This document shows, in pieces, positions 8,881 through 19,020 of a stretch of 64,000 nt of DNA. Source of the stretch: a virus (lineage: Duplodnaviria > Heunggongvirae > Uroviricota > Caudoviricetes); the IMG/VR virus record IMGVR_UViG_3300035208_001992, one strand, 5' to 3'. The position numbers and the translations under genes are program-made. The notes beneath the pieces were generated by a model. It did no database searches and had not been told where the DNA came from. It saw only the letters and a list, made by a program, of their open reading frames with translations. How positions within the stretch are numbered: position 1 is the stretch's first letter; every line of letters begins with the position of its first letter.

Positions 8881-10005
8881 TCAATGACTCTCGCATTGAC
8901 AAGCGTATAATTGCCTAGCAGCTTCGCGATCGAGCATCTGTTGATCAATGTCGTTCAGATGCAGGTCGATGTCAAATGCGATTGAGAGCACCAAGCGATC
9001 TCGCGCAGAAAGGCCTTTGCTATACGCCTCAATCTGTTGTCGCGTTTGAGCTACTTCGTTTTCGCGCTCAACGCGACGATCATGGTAGTCTTCGAGGCTT
9101 TCAGCGTTCTCATCTGACTCTTCGATGATCGGCATTGCATTGCGAATGTCGAGTAGATGCGCTGAGTCGTGAAGTAGCTTTGCATCGATTCCCTCGCGCT
9201 TAGCGATCTGCTCGATCTCAAGATGAGAGTTGCGCTCGAGTATGCTACGGTGCTTCCATACGCGGCTCGGCATCTTGATCGTGTTGCTTGCAACTGAGAT
9301 GCCGTTGACCATGTAGCTCTTGATCCACATGTCTGCTATGAACGCGTAAGCTCCAATGCGCGTGTCATATCGGCCAATGGCTAACAGGATCCCGTGGTAG
9401 CCATTCTGGTAATTCTCGAAGAAAGCCCAAGGCTCATTTGCGAATGCGCGTGCAAGTGACACGATTTTGCGCAGATACGGACGAACCATGCGCTCAATGA
9501 TGCCAGAGACTCGATTCAGCTGGTGACGCGCTTCAGCAATCGCTCCGTAGAGACTATGACTGCTCGCATCAAGCTCGAGCTCTATTGCTTCGGCTTTCTT
9601 CCTCGCGGCTGGGTCATCACTTATGCAAAGATCCTGGTAGCACTCGTAGCGCTTCAAGAAACCTTGTATCGCTTTGATCCAGTGACCACGGTGTAAATTT
9701 ATGTCCTTGCGGACAAGATCAAGCCAATTCGGCCCGTTGAGCTGCGGTAGCATTGTATACAGCAAGTGATCACCAACGCTGCTGTGCGATTTGCGCAATT
9801 GCTTGAAGATCGCGCTTGTCGCAAATCGTGCGTACTGATGTCTAACCCAATCAGTGTGGCAATCCAGTGTTCTCAGCGCGCGATAAACGCAATCGTCCAC
9901 GAGACCAACAAGCATCACTGCGTCTTCGTTTCGAAGAGTTGGGTACTTGAAGGCGCTGTACAACTGCGCATTCGATCGATCGTATGCGGCGCGTGCATTA
10001 CGCAT
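8881..10005 (-). CDS. sigma-70 family RNA polymerase sigma factor
   Basis: Region 2-like YQNGYHGILLAIGRYDTRIGAYAFIADMWIKSYM matches DLIQEGNIGLMKAVDKFD...FSTYATWWIRQAI. Region 4-like LSARDRLVLSIAFDI matches LTPREREVL. Confidence 0.7.
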   Translation of the reverse strand: MRNARAAYDRSNAQLYSAFKYPTLRNEDAVMLVGLVDDCVYRALRTLDCHTDWVRHQYARFATSAIFKQLRKSHSSVGDHLLYTMLPQLNGPNWLDLVRKDINLHRGHWIKAIQGFLKRYECYQDLCISDDPAARKKAEAIELELDASSHSLYGAIAEARHQLNRVSGIIERMVRPYLRKIVSLARAFANEPWAFFENYQNGYHGILLAIGRYDTRIGAYAFIADMWIKSYMVNGISVASNTIKMPSRVWKHRSILERNSHLEIEQIAKREGIDAKLLHDSAHLLDIRNAMPIIEESDENAESLEDYHDRRVERENEVAQTRQQIEAYSKGLSARDRLVLSIAFDIDLHLNDIDQQMLDREAARQLYACQCESH

Positions 10006-10654
10006 GTGTTGGGTGCCTCAGCATACGGTGATCGCGCCGGTCAATGCAGCTTTCGTAGTCGTTGCTTGATATGTGAAGCCAATCAGTGTTGTCAATGCAC
10101 CTGTAGCCTTCGGTTCCATGATCGTAGACGGTTGCGGATGCGATCTTGATCCATGCATCATCTTCGGTTGCGAGCCTTCGAATCTCGCGTGCAACTGGAA
10201 CAAGCGAAGGATCGCGTGAGACGAACAAAGCAACATCGAACTCAGCATCATTGTATAGTCGAAGAGCGTCGATCGCCATTGTGACGACCATTTCTTCGTG
10301 ACCATAAACGCGCGTCATCTTTGTTTCACGTATCGAGCCATCTTGATTGAAGATCGGGCACTGACGTGGCGCAGGACGATTCACAAACGCATTGACGTCA
10401 ACGCCATCTCGCTGGTGTGCCGCGATCTTGTTAGCCCAGAACCCGCACCAGTATTCGCTTTGCTCGATTGATGGAGTCATCACGTAAAGACGTGTCGAAG
10501 TAAGAGTCCAACCGTTCTTTTCGCAAAGCAACTTCGAGATCTTCTGTGGCTCGTAGTTCGGATATGATGCGCCAGTGACAGCTTGAGCAGCTCGATGCAA
10601 GGACGTGGAGTCAATGAATGTGATACAGCGTTTCTCAGCTGGCTCGTGCATCAA
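9998..10654 (-). CDS. NYN/LabA-like (PIN-fold) putative nuclease
   Basis: CITFIDSTSL (IAVFIDGENL-like) and DVALFVSRDPSLVPVAREI (DTLVLVSGDGDF-like). Confidence 0.4.
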   Translation of the reverse strand: MMHEPAEKRCITFIDSTSLHRAAQAVTGASYPNYEPQKISKLLCEKNGWTLTSTRLYVMTPSIEQSEYWCGFWANKIAAHQRDGVDVNAFVNRPAPRQCPIFNQDGSIRETKMTRVYGHEEMVVTMAIDALRLYNDAEFDVALFVSRDPSLVPVAREIRRLATEDDAWIKIASATVYDHGTEGYRCIDNTDWLHISSNDYESCIDRRDHRMLRHPTHA

Positions 10655-11844
10655 ATGGCTCCTTTAATTACGCGTGCAATTGTCACAGGCGGATTGCTGC
10701 GTTCACGATAAAAATGATCGATTGACACAAGTTGAATGCTGAACGGAAGCGTCGCGTTGAACGGCGTTAACAATCCGCTTAGTGCTTCATCAATCTTGGT
10801 TCGATCTACAGAGTCAAACTTGACTATATCAATGCTTAAACCAAGGCTAGCACAAATTGAGAAGTGCTCGATATCGTAGGCGTCACTTTCATCTGTCGCA
10901 ATCTCAAGAGTGACGTTGTCGTCCTTGTCTATGACAAATTGTGCATCTTCAGATTTGAAGAGCAACATTCCAATGTTCACAGCGCGCAACAAGTGCTCTG
11001 GCGTGATGTAAGCAGCTAACTCAGAGATACCGATGAGTGAACGACGGCCGCTAAGCATCAAGCTCAGCGAATTGAATGGAGCTCGACGCTCGTTTAGCAA
11101 CATGCGCTCATATACAATAGCAGCGTCAACAAATTTGCGTATGAAGTCGAGCGGGACTTTCGTCTTGCTGTATTGGCGCTGGTTGAATCGCGGGCCAGTC
11201 TTTTCGAATTGCAACTTAATGTCACGATCTTGATCCTTGATCGTGATCATGAAATTGGTGCCTTCACATGTTGCGACAAAATTCGAAAGCTGTCGCGATA
11301 CTGGATGACGCATGCTGTCGGAGAACATCTCTGCTCGAATCCGATCGTACTCTTCTTCATTGATTGGGAATGGAAGCTTCCGGTCAATGCCGCAGTTTCC
11401 GGCGATCGCAGCGCGTGAAAGCACCGAGTCAGCATAGACATAGTCATAGATTGAGATGTGCTCAACGAACAGTTGAGGCCCACCTAAATTGATGTATGTG
11501 AAATTGTCATAAGTGACAGGCTTGCCAAGACTAGCGATGAATTGAACGCGACCAGAGATGTTGCTTTGCTGCTTAACATCAAATGAGTTCGGGATGATCA
11601 ACAATGGCTTCGTGATCAAATCTAGATGTTCGTGAATCCAGTCAAGGATCTTCTCCCAACCGCCAGGCATATGGCCGTCGAGGAATATCGCGTCAGGCAT
11701 CTCGTCAAAGCCTTCGAAATCGACTGTATTCGCACTGTGCACATATGTGACGTCGGGCAGCATCAGTTGCTGATCATGACGGCATTTCGAAAGTACTTCG
11801 TGCGCTGTAAAGAACTGATCGTCAAATCCATGAATGAGCGGCAT
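10651..11844 (-). CDS. hypothetical protein
   Basis: Long ORF. Start trimmed to the internal Met (MPLIHGF) one nt below the stop of the upstream gene; the track ORF extends further 5-prime across the neighbour. Confidence 0.45.
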   Translation of the reverse strand: MPLIHGFDDQFFTAHEVLSKCRHDQQLMLPDVTYVHSANTVDFEGFDEMPDAIFLDGHMPGGWEKILDWIHEHLDLITKPLLIIPNSFDVKQQSNISGRVQFIASLGKPVTYDNFTYINLGGPQLFVEHISIYDYVYADSVLSRAAIAGNCGIDRKLPFPINEEEYDRIRAEMFSDSMRHPVSRQLSNFVATCEGTNFMITIKDQDRDIKLQFEKTGPRFNQRQYSKTKVPLDFIRKFVDAAIVYERMLLNERRAPFNSLSLMLSGRRSLIGISELAAYITPEHLLRAVNIGMLLFKSEDAQFVIDKDDNVTLEIATDESDAYDIEHFSICASLGLSIDIVKFDSVDRTKIDEALSGLLTPFNATLPFSIQLVSIDHFYRERSNPPVTIARVIKGAI

Positions 11845-11845
11845 G

Positions 11846-12661
11846 TCAGACTCCGAGTTTGAATGAAGATAATGGTTGTGTAAGCCAGTTGCGTGCTGTG
11901 TCGAGCGTTGCGCACCATTCGCTGACGTTGATGTACTCATCAGGTGTGTGCTCGTTGTAGTAGCCAACGCCGATGTTAGCGCCAGGAATGCGTGTGCACA
12001 AGAACGAAATGTCGCTGAATGACTTTGGTGGAGCCATTGGTCGACCAATTGCTTTGGATACATATGAATCGAATTCAGGCGTGCCTACTTCATATGTCTT
12101 GAAGTCTGCAACGCCCATGCGGTCGAACTCGATGCAGAATGAATGGCGATCTTGTATAGCATTCCATTCAGGCCAGCGCTCAGCAACGTATCGAGCGCCG
12201 AGACCGCCTGCTTCCTCGCCATCAGTGATCAGGATAGAGTGTCCAAGCGACGCAAGTTGCCAGATCATCGCAATTCCTGCACGGTCATCAGCGCCGATGC
12301 CAAAGCGACTCGAGCGTGACCTGATCTTGTCTTTGTGGAACTCGATCGCTGTGTATGCTAACGCGTCAAACGGGATATATGACATTGAGCCGAATGACCA
12401 CGCAGTATCAGCATGCGCGACCATGATGCAACGATCTTCGCGCGTGCCCTCGATGAAGAGAGCCCGCTTGTTGCCAAAGCCAATGTCTATCGCTTGTGGA
12501 AAGCGACGACAGAACGACATGAAGATCCTGCCAGTGTCATACACTACGTTTTCGCGAATGAAGTGAATCAGCGCACTAGCATCTAGCTCGAATTGTCCGT
12601 TGTCACGGACGTCGAACTTGGATTGCGCAGCATCAAAGATCGCGAACTTTGATTCATTCAT
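11846..12661 (-). CDS. M28/M42-family metallopeptidase-like protein
   Basis: Metal-ligand order VAHADTAW (H-x-D), GIGADDRAGIA (D), DGEEAGGLG (EE) and a C-terminal NEHTPDE (H). Confidence 0.55.
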   Translation of the reverse strand: MNESKFAIFDAAQSKFDVRDNGQFELDASALIHFIRENVVYDTGRIFMSFCRRFPQAIDIGFGNKRALFIEGTREDRCIMVAHADTAWSFGSMSYIPFDALAYTAIEFHKDKIRSRSSRFGIGADDRAGIAMIWQLASLGHSILITDGEEAGGLGARYVAERWPEWNAIQDRHSFCIEFDRMGVADFKTYEVGTPEFDSYVSKAIGRPMAPPKSFSDISFLCTRIPGANIGVGYYNEHTPDEYINVSEWCATLDTARNWLTQPLSSFKLGV

Positions 12662-13091
12662 GTTGCGCCTTTTCCTGTTTGATCACGTCGATCTCAAAAT
12701 TGGCATCAACTGAAATGCAGTCGCCAGGGACAGCTGTTTTAAGACCTGTCTGAGTCATTATTTGATAATAGACGCCACTCGGATTGTCAGCTGTTGGTTC
12801 AAGAACAGGTGACGGCACAATTCGGTTATGTCCCAGCAGATTACGTAGTATGTGAACAGTCGATTCATCAATGACAAAACTCTTCTGCCCGTTGCTAGCA
12901 AGCTCAATCGAACCGAATGTTGGATCCATACGGTAGCGACTAACAACCGTGTTGCCACGCATTATCGATAGCAGCAGTGTCCCATGCTGGTCTTCAATGC
13001 GCAAGTGATGGCCAATGCGATCAGGCATCACGTTGAACGGAAAGAACTCCGACAATGCGATCTCGCTGCCGTTCACGATTGATGTCTTCAT
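12654..13091 (-). CDS. hypothetical protein
   Basis: Start set at MKTSIVNG; its ATG overlaps the upstream stop as ATGA. Confidence 0.45.
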   Translation of the reverse strand: MKTSIVNGSEIALSEFFPFNVMPDRIGHHLRIEDQHGTLLLSIMRGNTVVSRYRMDPTFGSIELASNGQKSFVIDESTVHILRNLLGHNRIVPSPVLEPTADNPSGVYYQIMTQTGLKTAVPGDCISVDANFEIDVIKQEKAQHE

Positions 13092-13456
13092 CACACAACG
13101 CCGCGAATAACGTCGATTGCCGCTGTACGAGCTTCTTCCTGCAGCATCAAAAGCTCTTCCCAATCACGGACGTAGTTTTCATTGAAGTGATGCTTGAATG
13201 ATCCAGCAATTGTGATCACATTGAATGCTTGTTCATGCTTGACTTGAGCGTCTGAACAAGACACACCAACAATGTGATCCCAGTTGTAGCTTGAATGTTC
13301 GTCAGCTCTCAAATGCATTGCAGCAACGATATCGCCAACGCTTGTCTCATCATGGGAGCTGTCTGATCCTTCATCATCGGGCACAAAGCCTTCAAGCGCA
13401 TCTTCTGCAATTTCTTCTGCTGGATTTTCAATCAGTGTTTCGTTTTTGTCAGACAT
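13091..13456 (-). CDS. hypothetical acidic protein
   Basis: 121-aa ORF in the operon-like array. Confidence 0.45.
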   Translation of the reverse strand: MSDKNETLIENPAEEIAEDALEGFVPDDEGSDSSHDETSVGDIVAAMHLRADEHSSYNWDHIVGVSCSDAQVKHEQAFNVITIAGSFKHHFNENYVRDWEELLMLQEEARTAAIDVIRGVV

Positions 13457-14021
13457 TGAAAATTGCCTTTTCTGTTAGAGATTCGAGTCCGCGTATGCTT
13501 GTATCAAGCCGCCAAATAGCAATGCTAGCAAGGCGATCACGTTCTTTGCGTGCCTCACCAAGATTGACGATGGCCTCACCATATTTTGTCGCTGCATCAT
13601 CATTAAGATGCAGCATTTTAGCACTATTTGCAAGTTGCTCTACAAGTGTTGTGCATGCATCAAGCTTGATAGCATTGTGTGCAACTGCAATATAGTGTTC
13701 ACGATTTGCTTCATCAATCACTGGAACAACGACGCTCATGATTGCTCTGTGAGCAAGCCTGACGCTGTCTGCATCGTTGATTTTGATACGAATAGATCCA
13801 GGCTTCTTCATGAATGGTTTGGCGGTGTCATTCTTGGTGAGATGCGCTGCAGTAAGTCTGTCTTCGTTCAAACGCGCTTGAACAGTTCTATGCAAATCAC
13901 TTTTGACGACGTCAAAAATCCCAGCAAACGTTGCTTCATGCATGAGCCCGCTAACAGCGGGGAGGAAGACTGACGCAGCGTCTATACTGCCGACGTTGAT
14001 TGCGATGGTATTATGTTCCAA
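13449..14021 (-). CDS. hypothetical protein
   Basis: 190-aa ORF; its ends overlap neighbours by 4-8 nt, typical of phage translational coupling. Confidence 0.5.
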   Translation of the reverse strand: MEHNTIAINVGSIDAASVFLPAVSGLMHEATFAGIFDVVKSDLHRTVQARLNEDRLTAAHLTKNDTAKPFMKKPGSIRIKINDADSVRLAHRAIMSVVVPVIDEANREHYIAVAHNAIKLDACTTLVEQLANSAKMLHLNDDAATKYGEAIVNLGEARKERDRLASIAIWRLDTSIRGLESLTEKAIFNV

Positions 14022-14646
14022 GGTTTCTCCTTAGCGAGTCCTGTTCGAATTTGGACATCGCGGGTTGAAAGCACGACGGGTTGTACGTCAACTGAGACAT
14101 GCTGTTGAAATTGAAATGGTAGTATCCTGTAGCATCATGGAAAACGCTTTCGTCAAGCCGTGTGTGATGACTCTTTCCGTAAGTGGATCTAGGCCACCAA
14201 CGCAAATTGTCAACGACATGGAGCTCTACCATGTGCTGATCTTTGTTGATCTCATCATTGGAGTGGATGAAGAAATGAACAAGTCCTGTCCACTGCTCGA
14301 CTGGCATTGTGCTCTCATCTGTGCAAGAGCCAAATGAGCCAGCTTGGTAGTAAAAGCGGCGTGAGTCAAGCTGTTTTCCGAAGTCGGCTACTACGTCATC
14401 GCCAACTAGACTGTCGAGTATAAGTTTGCGCGTCTTGATCGTGTTGATGATCCATAGCAACTTGTCAAGGTTCGTGCCGAACTGGACGTTGAAATGTCCA
14501 GTCATAAACTGGGCCACGTCAACTAACCTGACTGCGAGCGGCGTCTTTGATCGGTGAATGAGCTTGTCGCCGATCTTGTAGAACTCGCGCTCATTGCTTA
14601 TGAGCTTGTCAGATGCTTGGAAGCCACTTGGAACGCTCAGCTTCAT
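14011..14646 (-). CDS. hypothetical protein
   Basis: 211-aa ORF. Confidence 0.5.
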   Translation of the reverse strand: MKLSVPSGFQASDKLISNEREFYKIGDKLIHRSKTPLAVRLVDVAQFMTGHFNVQFGTNLDKLLWIINTIKTRKLILDSLVGDDVVADFGKQLDSRRFYYQAGSFGSCTDESTMPVEQWTGLVHFFIHSNDEINKDQHMVELHVVDNLRWWPRSTYGKSHHTRLDESVFHDATGYYHFNFNSMSQLTYNPSCFQPAMSKFEQDSLRRNLGT

Positions 14647-15035
14647 GTTTCACCTCTAATGTTTGAATCAGCGCTCAATTCGAGCTGTTGACTTTGATTG
14701 AACATTGCTAGGTATCGCTCGTGCAGTTCACGCACGGCACCAACAATGATTTCTGGCTGTATTGCTACTTGAGCGTAAGAACCGATGGGCATGATCTGCT
14801 CACCGATGCGTGTTAATGCATTGAGGTACTTTGTCTTAGCAGCGTACGCTAGACCATAGAGTTCAACGAGGAGCAATGCGTTGTTCAATGCAGCTTCTGC
14901 CGAGAAACAGCCGTTTGAATCTGGCCCGGCAATGCGCTCTATTGCAACGCCGTTTGTCATCAGAAACGATACAAGCTCGTGATGGCCCGAGCTTGCTGTG
15001 TTAGTCACTGCTAAAGAGCGCTCAATGCTATCCAT
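14643..15035 (-). CDS. hypothetical protein
   Basis: 130-aa ORF; a CCTTTACAAGGTTG motif lies just upstream. Confidence 0.5.
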   Translation of the reverse strand: MDSIERSLAVTNTASSGHHELVSFLMTNGVAIERIAGPDSNGCFSAEAALNNALLLVELYGLAYAAKTKYLNALTRIGEQIMPIGSYAQVAIQPEIIVGAVRELHERYLAMFNQSQQLELSADSNIRGET

Positions 15036-15243
15036 GTTGATCCTTTACAAGGTTGCAAGTGTGGAACAGATTCAAGCGCCTCGACAAGTCATGGTTGTCA
15101 GCAAGCATGTGCTCAACCAATGACATATCAGAGCCTGGACCTTCAGCAGCTCCAGCGTCGCGCATCACTTCCAACAACCGATTCAGTCTACGATTGCTCA
15201 TGAACATGTGCGTGCTGATGAGCTCGCGCTCTTGGGCTTCCAT
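15028..15243 (-). CDS. hypothetical small protein
   Basis: Start trimmed to MEAQERE so that it abuts the stop of the HAD gene. Confidence 0.35.
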   Translation of the reverse strand: MEAQERELISTHMFMSNRRLNRLLEVMRDAGAAEGPGSDMSLVEHMLADNHDLSRRLNLFHTCNLVKDQHG

Positions 15244-15638
15244 TACTGTTTCGGCTTCGTAAGAAAGCCTTCCTCGATCAGGAGCAATCGAAGTGCACGC
15301 CAATCAGCACATGGCCGATGAAAATTGTGGATGCGAATCAATGGGCAGCCCAATGCGTCATCGCCAATGTAGCGCTGTGCATATACCTTCGGTGATGACG
15401 TCCATGAAGACTGCTCTGGATTCTTATTCGCGTCCCAAAGCTTGATGTTGTTAGCCTTGCACCAGGCTACGGCTTGTTGCAGTTCTTCTCCGGATCGCAT
15501 TGTGCTCAAGATGAGATACACACCGGCCGCGTTCAGTTCTTGACAGACCTGAATTGCTTCAGGCGCTTCTTCACCAATGTCAGGGTACCTGTGGTCGACG
15601 AGCGTGCCGTCGAAATCCACTGCGATGATTTTCTTCAT
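15243..15638 (-). CDS. HAD-superfamily hydrolase/phosphatase
   Basis: MKKIIAVDFDGTLVD (DxDGT motif I) and later GDD. Confidence 0.6.
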   Translation of the reverse strand: MKKIIAVDFDGTLVDHRYPDIGEEAPEAIQVCQELNAAGVYLILSTMRSGEELQQAVAWCKANNIKLWDANKNPEQSSWTSSPKVYAQRYIGDDALGCPLIRIHNFHRPCADWRALRLLLIEEGFLTKPKQ

Positions 15639-16591
15639 GGTTGCGATCCGTTTCGTTTGAACGTCAGCGTCAGAGTGATCTCGTCTTTGTTAGTTTCAGC
15701 TACGCCAAGATGAGATGACTTGTAGTCACAGTTGAGTTTCTCGATCTTGTCTTTGACGGTAAGGCCAGCCTGACGAAGCACATTGAAGATGTCTACGCGC
15801 GGCTCGTCATCATCGTCGAGTTCCATGTGGAGCTGTTCAACACTTGCTGGACTTTGGCGCACTGGCGGCATTGGCACGTGCACTATTGGTGCCCAATCAT
15901 AGAAGCTGAATTGCGTGATGTAGCGATGAACGCGCTGCTTTAGGTAATGAGCAGTCTTTGCAAACTCAGTACCACCATCAAGCATTTTTGACTTGTTCTC
16001 ATTGCCGATGATAAAATCAATGTCGCACACTTTGTTCTTCAACAAAATGTCGACCAAATTGCTGACTTGAATAGCAGCTAAGTTAGCTGCCATGCCTTGG
16101 TTGTCAATCACTGCGTACAGATTGACAGTGAAGCCTGACTTGAAATACCTGATGTGATTTGCGATGGTCAATGACAGCTGTGGAGGAGATTGAGTAAGTG
16201 ACGCGATATGCAAGTTCATCGCTACGCAATGAACATTCATGCAAGCAAACATCTGCTGTGTGATCAACACTATGTCGTAATGTCCTGAATTGAGGATCTG
16301 CGCGCGTTCATCCGAAGGGACTTGCGCATTGATCGAGCCAACTGTGCGTTCAATGACTCGTGTGATCATGTCTGACAGCTGTGACATCAATTCAAGCTTG
16401 TCAACAACGACGATTGCTCGTTCATGACTTGGCATCAATCGCAGCTGTTCAAGTATGACGCTGAGATACGCCGATGCGCCAGTGATGCCACGCGAATACC
16501 TAGCAAAGTTCTGGACAGATGACTGTCGAAGTCTCGGTCCTTCCTTTGTGAGCATCTTGACCACATGCATCTTGATTGTAGCAGTTGACAT
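15635..16591 (-). CDS. hypothetical protein
   Basis: Long ORF; start trimmed to MSTATIK to avoid an 86-nt overlap. Confidence 0.45.
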   Translation of the reverse strand: MSTATIKMHVVKMLTKEGPRLRQSSVQNFARYSRGITGASAYLSVILEQLRLMPSHERAIVVVDKLELMSQLSDMITRVIERTVGSINAQVPSDERAQILNSGHYDIVLITQQMFACMNVHCVAMNLHIASLTQSPPQLSLTIANHIRYFKSGFTVNLYAVIDNQGMAANLAAIQVSNLVDILLKNKVCDIDFIIGNENKSKMLDGGTEFAKTAHYLKQRVHRYITQFSFYDWAPIVHVPMPPVRQSPASVEQLHMELDDDDEPRVDIFNVLRQAGLTVKDKIEKLNCDYKSSHLGVAETNKDEITLTLTFKRNGSQP

Positions 16592-16601
16592 GTTAGATCT
16601 C

Positions 16602-17033
16602 CTAATGATTGAATGCGTTCTTGAGCTCAGACAATTTGATGTCGATGCGCTCATTGATTTTCGTTTCGAATGCTTGAATCTCTTCACTTATCTTTGGTAT
16701 CGTAAATGCTCGCGCTGTCACTAGCGACATTTTGCGATCATGAAGCTTGCCGATGTCTGAAGACAGCCCAAGGATGCCGATGTACAAAGCAGCTTGCTCT
16801 GTAGGCGTCATTGAAGCACCATCGAGGTAGACATTGCGTATGGCGTTCTCAGCCATCCATTTTATACCCCACTGCTTGACTGCGACGTTCTTGACATTTA
16901 CGAAATGCGCGTCTAACTTGGTATTCAAATCAGCAAGCGCATCTTCAATCACCACTATGCCAACGTCGCAGGCTTTTGTGATGAGTGATCTGACTGCGTC
17001 TTCAAAGCTCTCGTCATAGTTGAATGCTGACAT
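16602..17033 (-). CDS. hypothetical protein
   Basis: 143-aa ORF. Confidence 0.45.
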   Translation of the reverse strand: MSAFNYDESFEDAVRSLITKACDVGIVVIEDALADLNTKLDAHFVNVKNVAVKQWGIKWMAENAIRNVYLDGASMTPTEQAALYIGILGLSSDIGKLHDRKMSLVTARAFTIPKISEEIQAFETKINERIDIKLSELKNAFNH

Positions 17034-18070
17034 CAGATCTCCTCTAAGAGACGCATCTCTTCATCCCAAGCTCCGAGTATCTGCCAATAGAAACCGAAAG
17101 GTGATTGTACAAGCAGAATCGGATCGCGCTTGCCGCGCACTTCGCTTTTACGCTTGAAGTCTTCGGCTTTAGCAATCAGATAGAACACTGGTTTCTTCTC
17201 TGTGACCTTGTGCGTGAATTTCGCATACTCGGTCATGATCTCGAGAGCGTCATCAGGCATCTCGGGAATGAAATCGTCTGCAGGTCCAATCCGCAGATGC
17301 GCGTACTTCTCGAGGAGCTCTTGAACTCGATCATCATTCGTGTTCTGGAACTGGTCGAAGAATGAGCGAATCTCTTTATTGTTGCGATACTTCAGTCTAG
17401 CTTCAAGACGGATCGCAACGTCCTTGATCGTATTCGTGATGCCTCCGTTGCCACCATTGCGTACTAACCCGCCGAGAGACCGGTAGAGCTTGATCTTCTT
17501 TTCCATGTCAAGCAGATTGAATGGCGTTGGCATACGCTGCAACTCGCCAACAACAGCCTTCGGCGTGATGAGTGCATGCTCAGGTAATACTCCAGCTTCG
17601 ATCGCTTGAGTGGCCTCAGGCACTGCAATGAGTTCGTTCAACTGCGGTTCTTCTGGATTCGAGATTTCGCTTGCGATTCCGATCGTTGGCACGTTATTGA
17701 ACAATGACGCGTCAGTAGCAATCATCGACGAGTTGCCAGTCGATATATAGATCGTGCCGCCAAGAATCGAGTTCGTGGTCCCGCCAGTTGAGATGCTTGT
17801 ACCACTCATCATCCCGTACATCAAATTCTGCATCACGATCGGGTTAGCGGTTGTGATCTGGCGTTGACCTGGAGATGCATTGTGCCAATGCTTTGCTGGA
17901 ATTCTCGAATAGACAATGAAGTCTTCGAGAAAGCCAATGCCGTTCACTTGGAAGATGTCAACATCTTCTTTGATCGGCTTCAGCTTGACCTCAAACGGGA
18001 TGAGACCAAAAACTGTCTCTTTGACCCGCTTAAGATTGGCCTTGGAAAAGAATGGCTTTTTACTTGGCAT
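17033..18070 (-). CDS. hypothetical protein (Gly/Ser/Thr-rich central segment)
   Basis: 345-aa ORF with SGTSISTGGTTNSILGGTIYISTGNSS low complexity. Confidence 0.5.
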   Translation of the reverse strand: MPSKKPFFSKANLKRVKETVFGLIPFEVKLKPIKEDVDIFQVNGIGFLEDFIVYSRIPAKHWHNASPGQRQITTANPIVMQNLMYGMMSGTSISTGGTTNSILGGTIYISTGNSSMIATDASLFNNVPTIGIASEISNPEEPQLNELIAVPEATQAIEAGVLPEHALITPKAVVGELQRMPTPFNLLDMEKKIKLYRSLGGLVRNGGNGGITNTIKDVAIRLEARLKYRNNKEIRSFFDQFQNTNDDRVQELLEKYAHLRIGPADDFIPEMPDDALEIMTEYAKFTHKVTEKKPVFYLIAKAEDFKRKSEVRGKRDPILLVQSPFGFYWQILGAWDEEMRLLEEI

Positions 18071-18073
18071 GTG

Positions 18074-18463
18074 TCACCTTAGTTTGATTGATTCGACTAC
18101 AGAGTCAGCGCATGGATTGAAATGCGTGTTGATCAACTTCAAGTTGCTTTTGAGGAGCTCGACAGTAGCTCTAGCTGAGTCTAAATATGACGAGCTGTAC
18201 TTGAACGCGATGTAGTCACCAGATGCAAGGCAGCGAGCCTCTTCGTACGTGCCAGTGTCGCTGCCTTGGATATAGCGAATGACGTACTGATCTTCTTCAG
18301 AACCATTCGAATTTGCTTGCTTGACAATGAAGATCTCACTAACGCCATTGTACTTTGATTTGCGCTCGCGATCAGCCGACTCGATGATCAAGACGATCAT
18401 TGTGCAAACAGCAATGAAAGCAGCTATGAGCCACGTGTAAACAAAGGCTGATTTGAATTTCAT
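18074..18463 (-). CDS. membrane-anchored hypothetical protein
   Basis: N-terminal TM segment AFVYTWLIAAFIAVCTMIVLII. Confidence 0.45.
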   Translation of the reverse strand: MKFKSAFVYTWLIAAFIAVCTMIVLIIESADRERKSKYNGVSEIFIVKQANSNGSEEDQYVIRYIQGSDTGTYEEARCLASGDYIAFKYSSSYLDSARATVELLKSNLKLINTHFNPCADSVVESIKLR

Positions 18464-18465
18464 GA

Positions 18466-18618
18466 TCAGTTCTTGTCAATGAATCTGAAATGACCGAGGC
18501 CATGCGCGATGCCGACCAGCGTCAATCCAATGAGCCCGAAGAACATGAACGAGACCACGCCGTTCCAGAAGCCGCAACGGAATGAGAAATCCATCAGCAT
18601 CATGATGTCACTTGCCAT
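18466..18618 (-). CDS. small hydrophobic membrane protein
   Basis: TM segment VVSFMFFGLIGLTLVGIA; start trimmed to MASDIMM. Confidence 0.35.
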   Translation of the reverse strand: MASDIMMLMDFSFRCGFWNGVVSFMFFGLIGLTLVGIAHGLGHFRFIDKN

Positions 18619-18865
18619 GGTTGGCCTCACGTTCGCGCTCGTCGAGAATCTCGAGCATTTGGTTGCGCAGTTCGCGCGGTGTCGGCTTCTTGTTGCCAGC
18701 ACTCGCTAAACGTCGACGAGCTGTCATCGACAGTGCGAGATCGTTGAGTGCTTCGTCACTGTGTGCCTGATGGGTAGGTTCTTGTGACTGCTCCATAGCC
18801 ATCGCAGCTGACAGCATTGTGACAAGACCTGAGCTTGGATGGCGCGTTGATTGCATTGTGCCCAT
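18608..18865 (-). CDS. hypothetical protein
   Basis: 85-aa ORF preceded by a CCAAAGTTAG upstream motif. Confidence 0.4.
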   Translation of the reverse strand: MGTMQSTRHPSSGLVTMLSAAMAMEQSQEPTHQAHSDEALNDLALSMTARRRLASAGNKKPTPRELRNQMLEILDEREREANHGK

Positions 18866-19020
18866 TGTTACTTTCCAAAGTTAGTCTCAGTGAGGTTCTC
18901 TGCGGCGACGTAGACTCTGGCCTACGCGCTTCTCCCAATTAACCACAATCACCTCGAACGTCATAAACGTTTGAGCTGCATTTTATCTCAGACTGAGACC
19001 GCAGAGAACCAGACTGTGAA

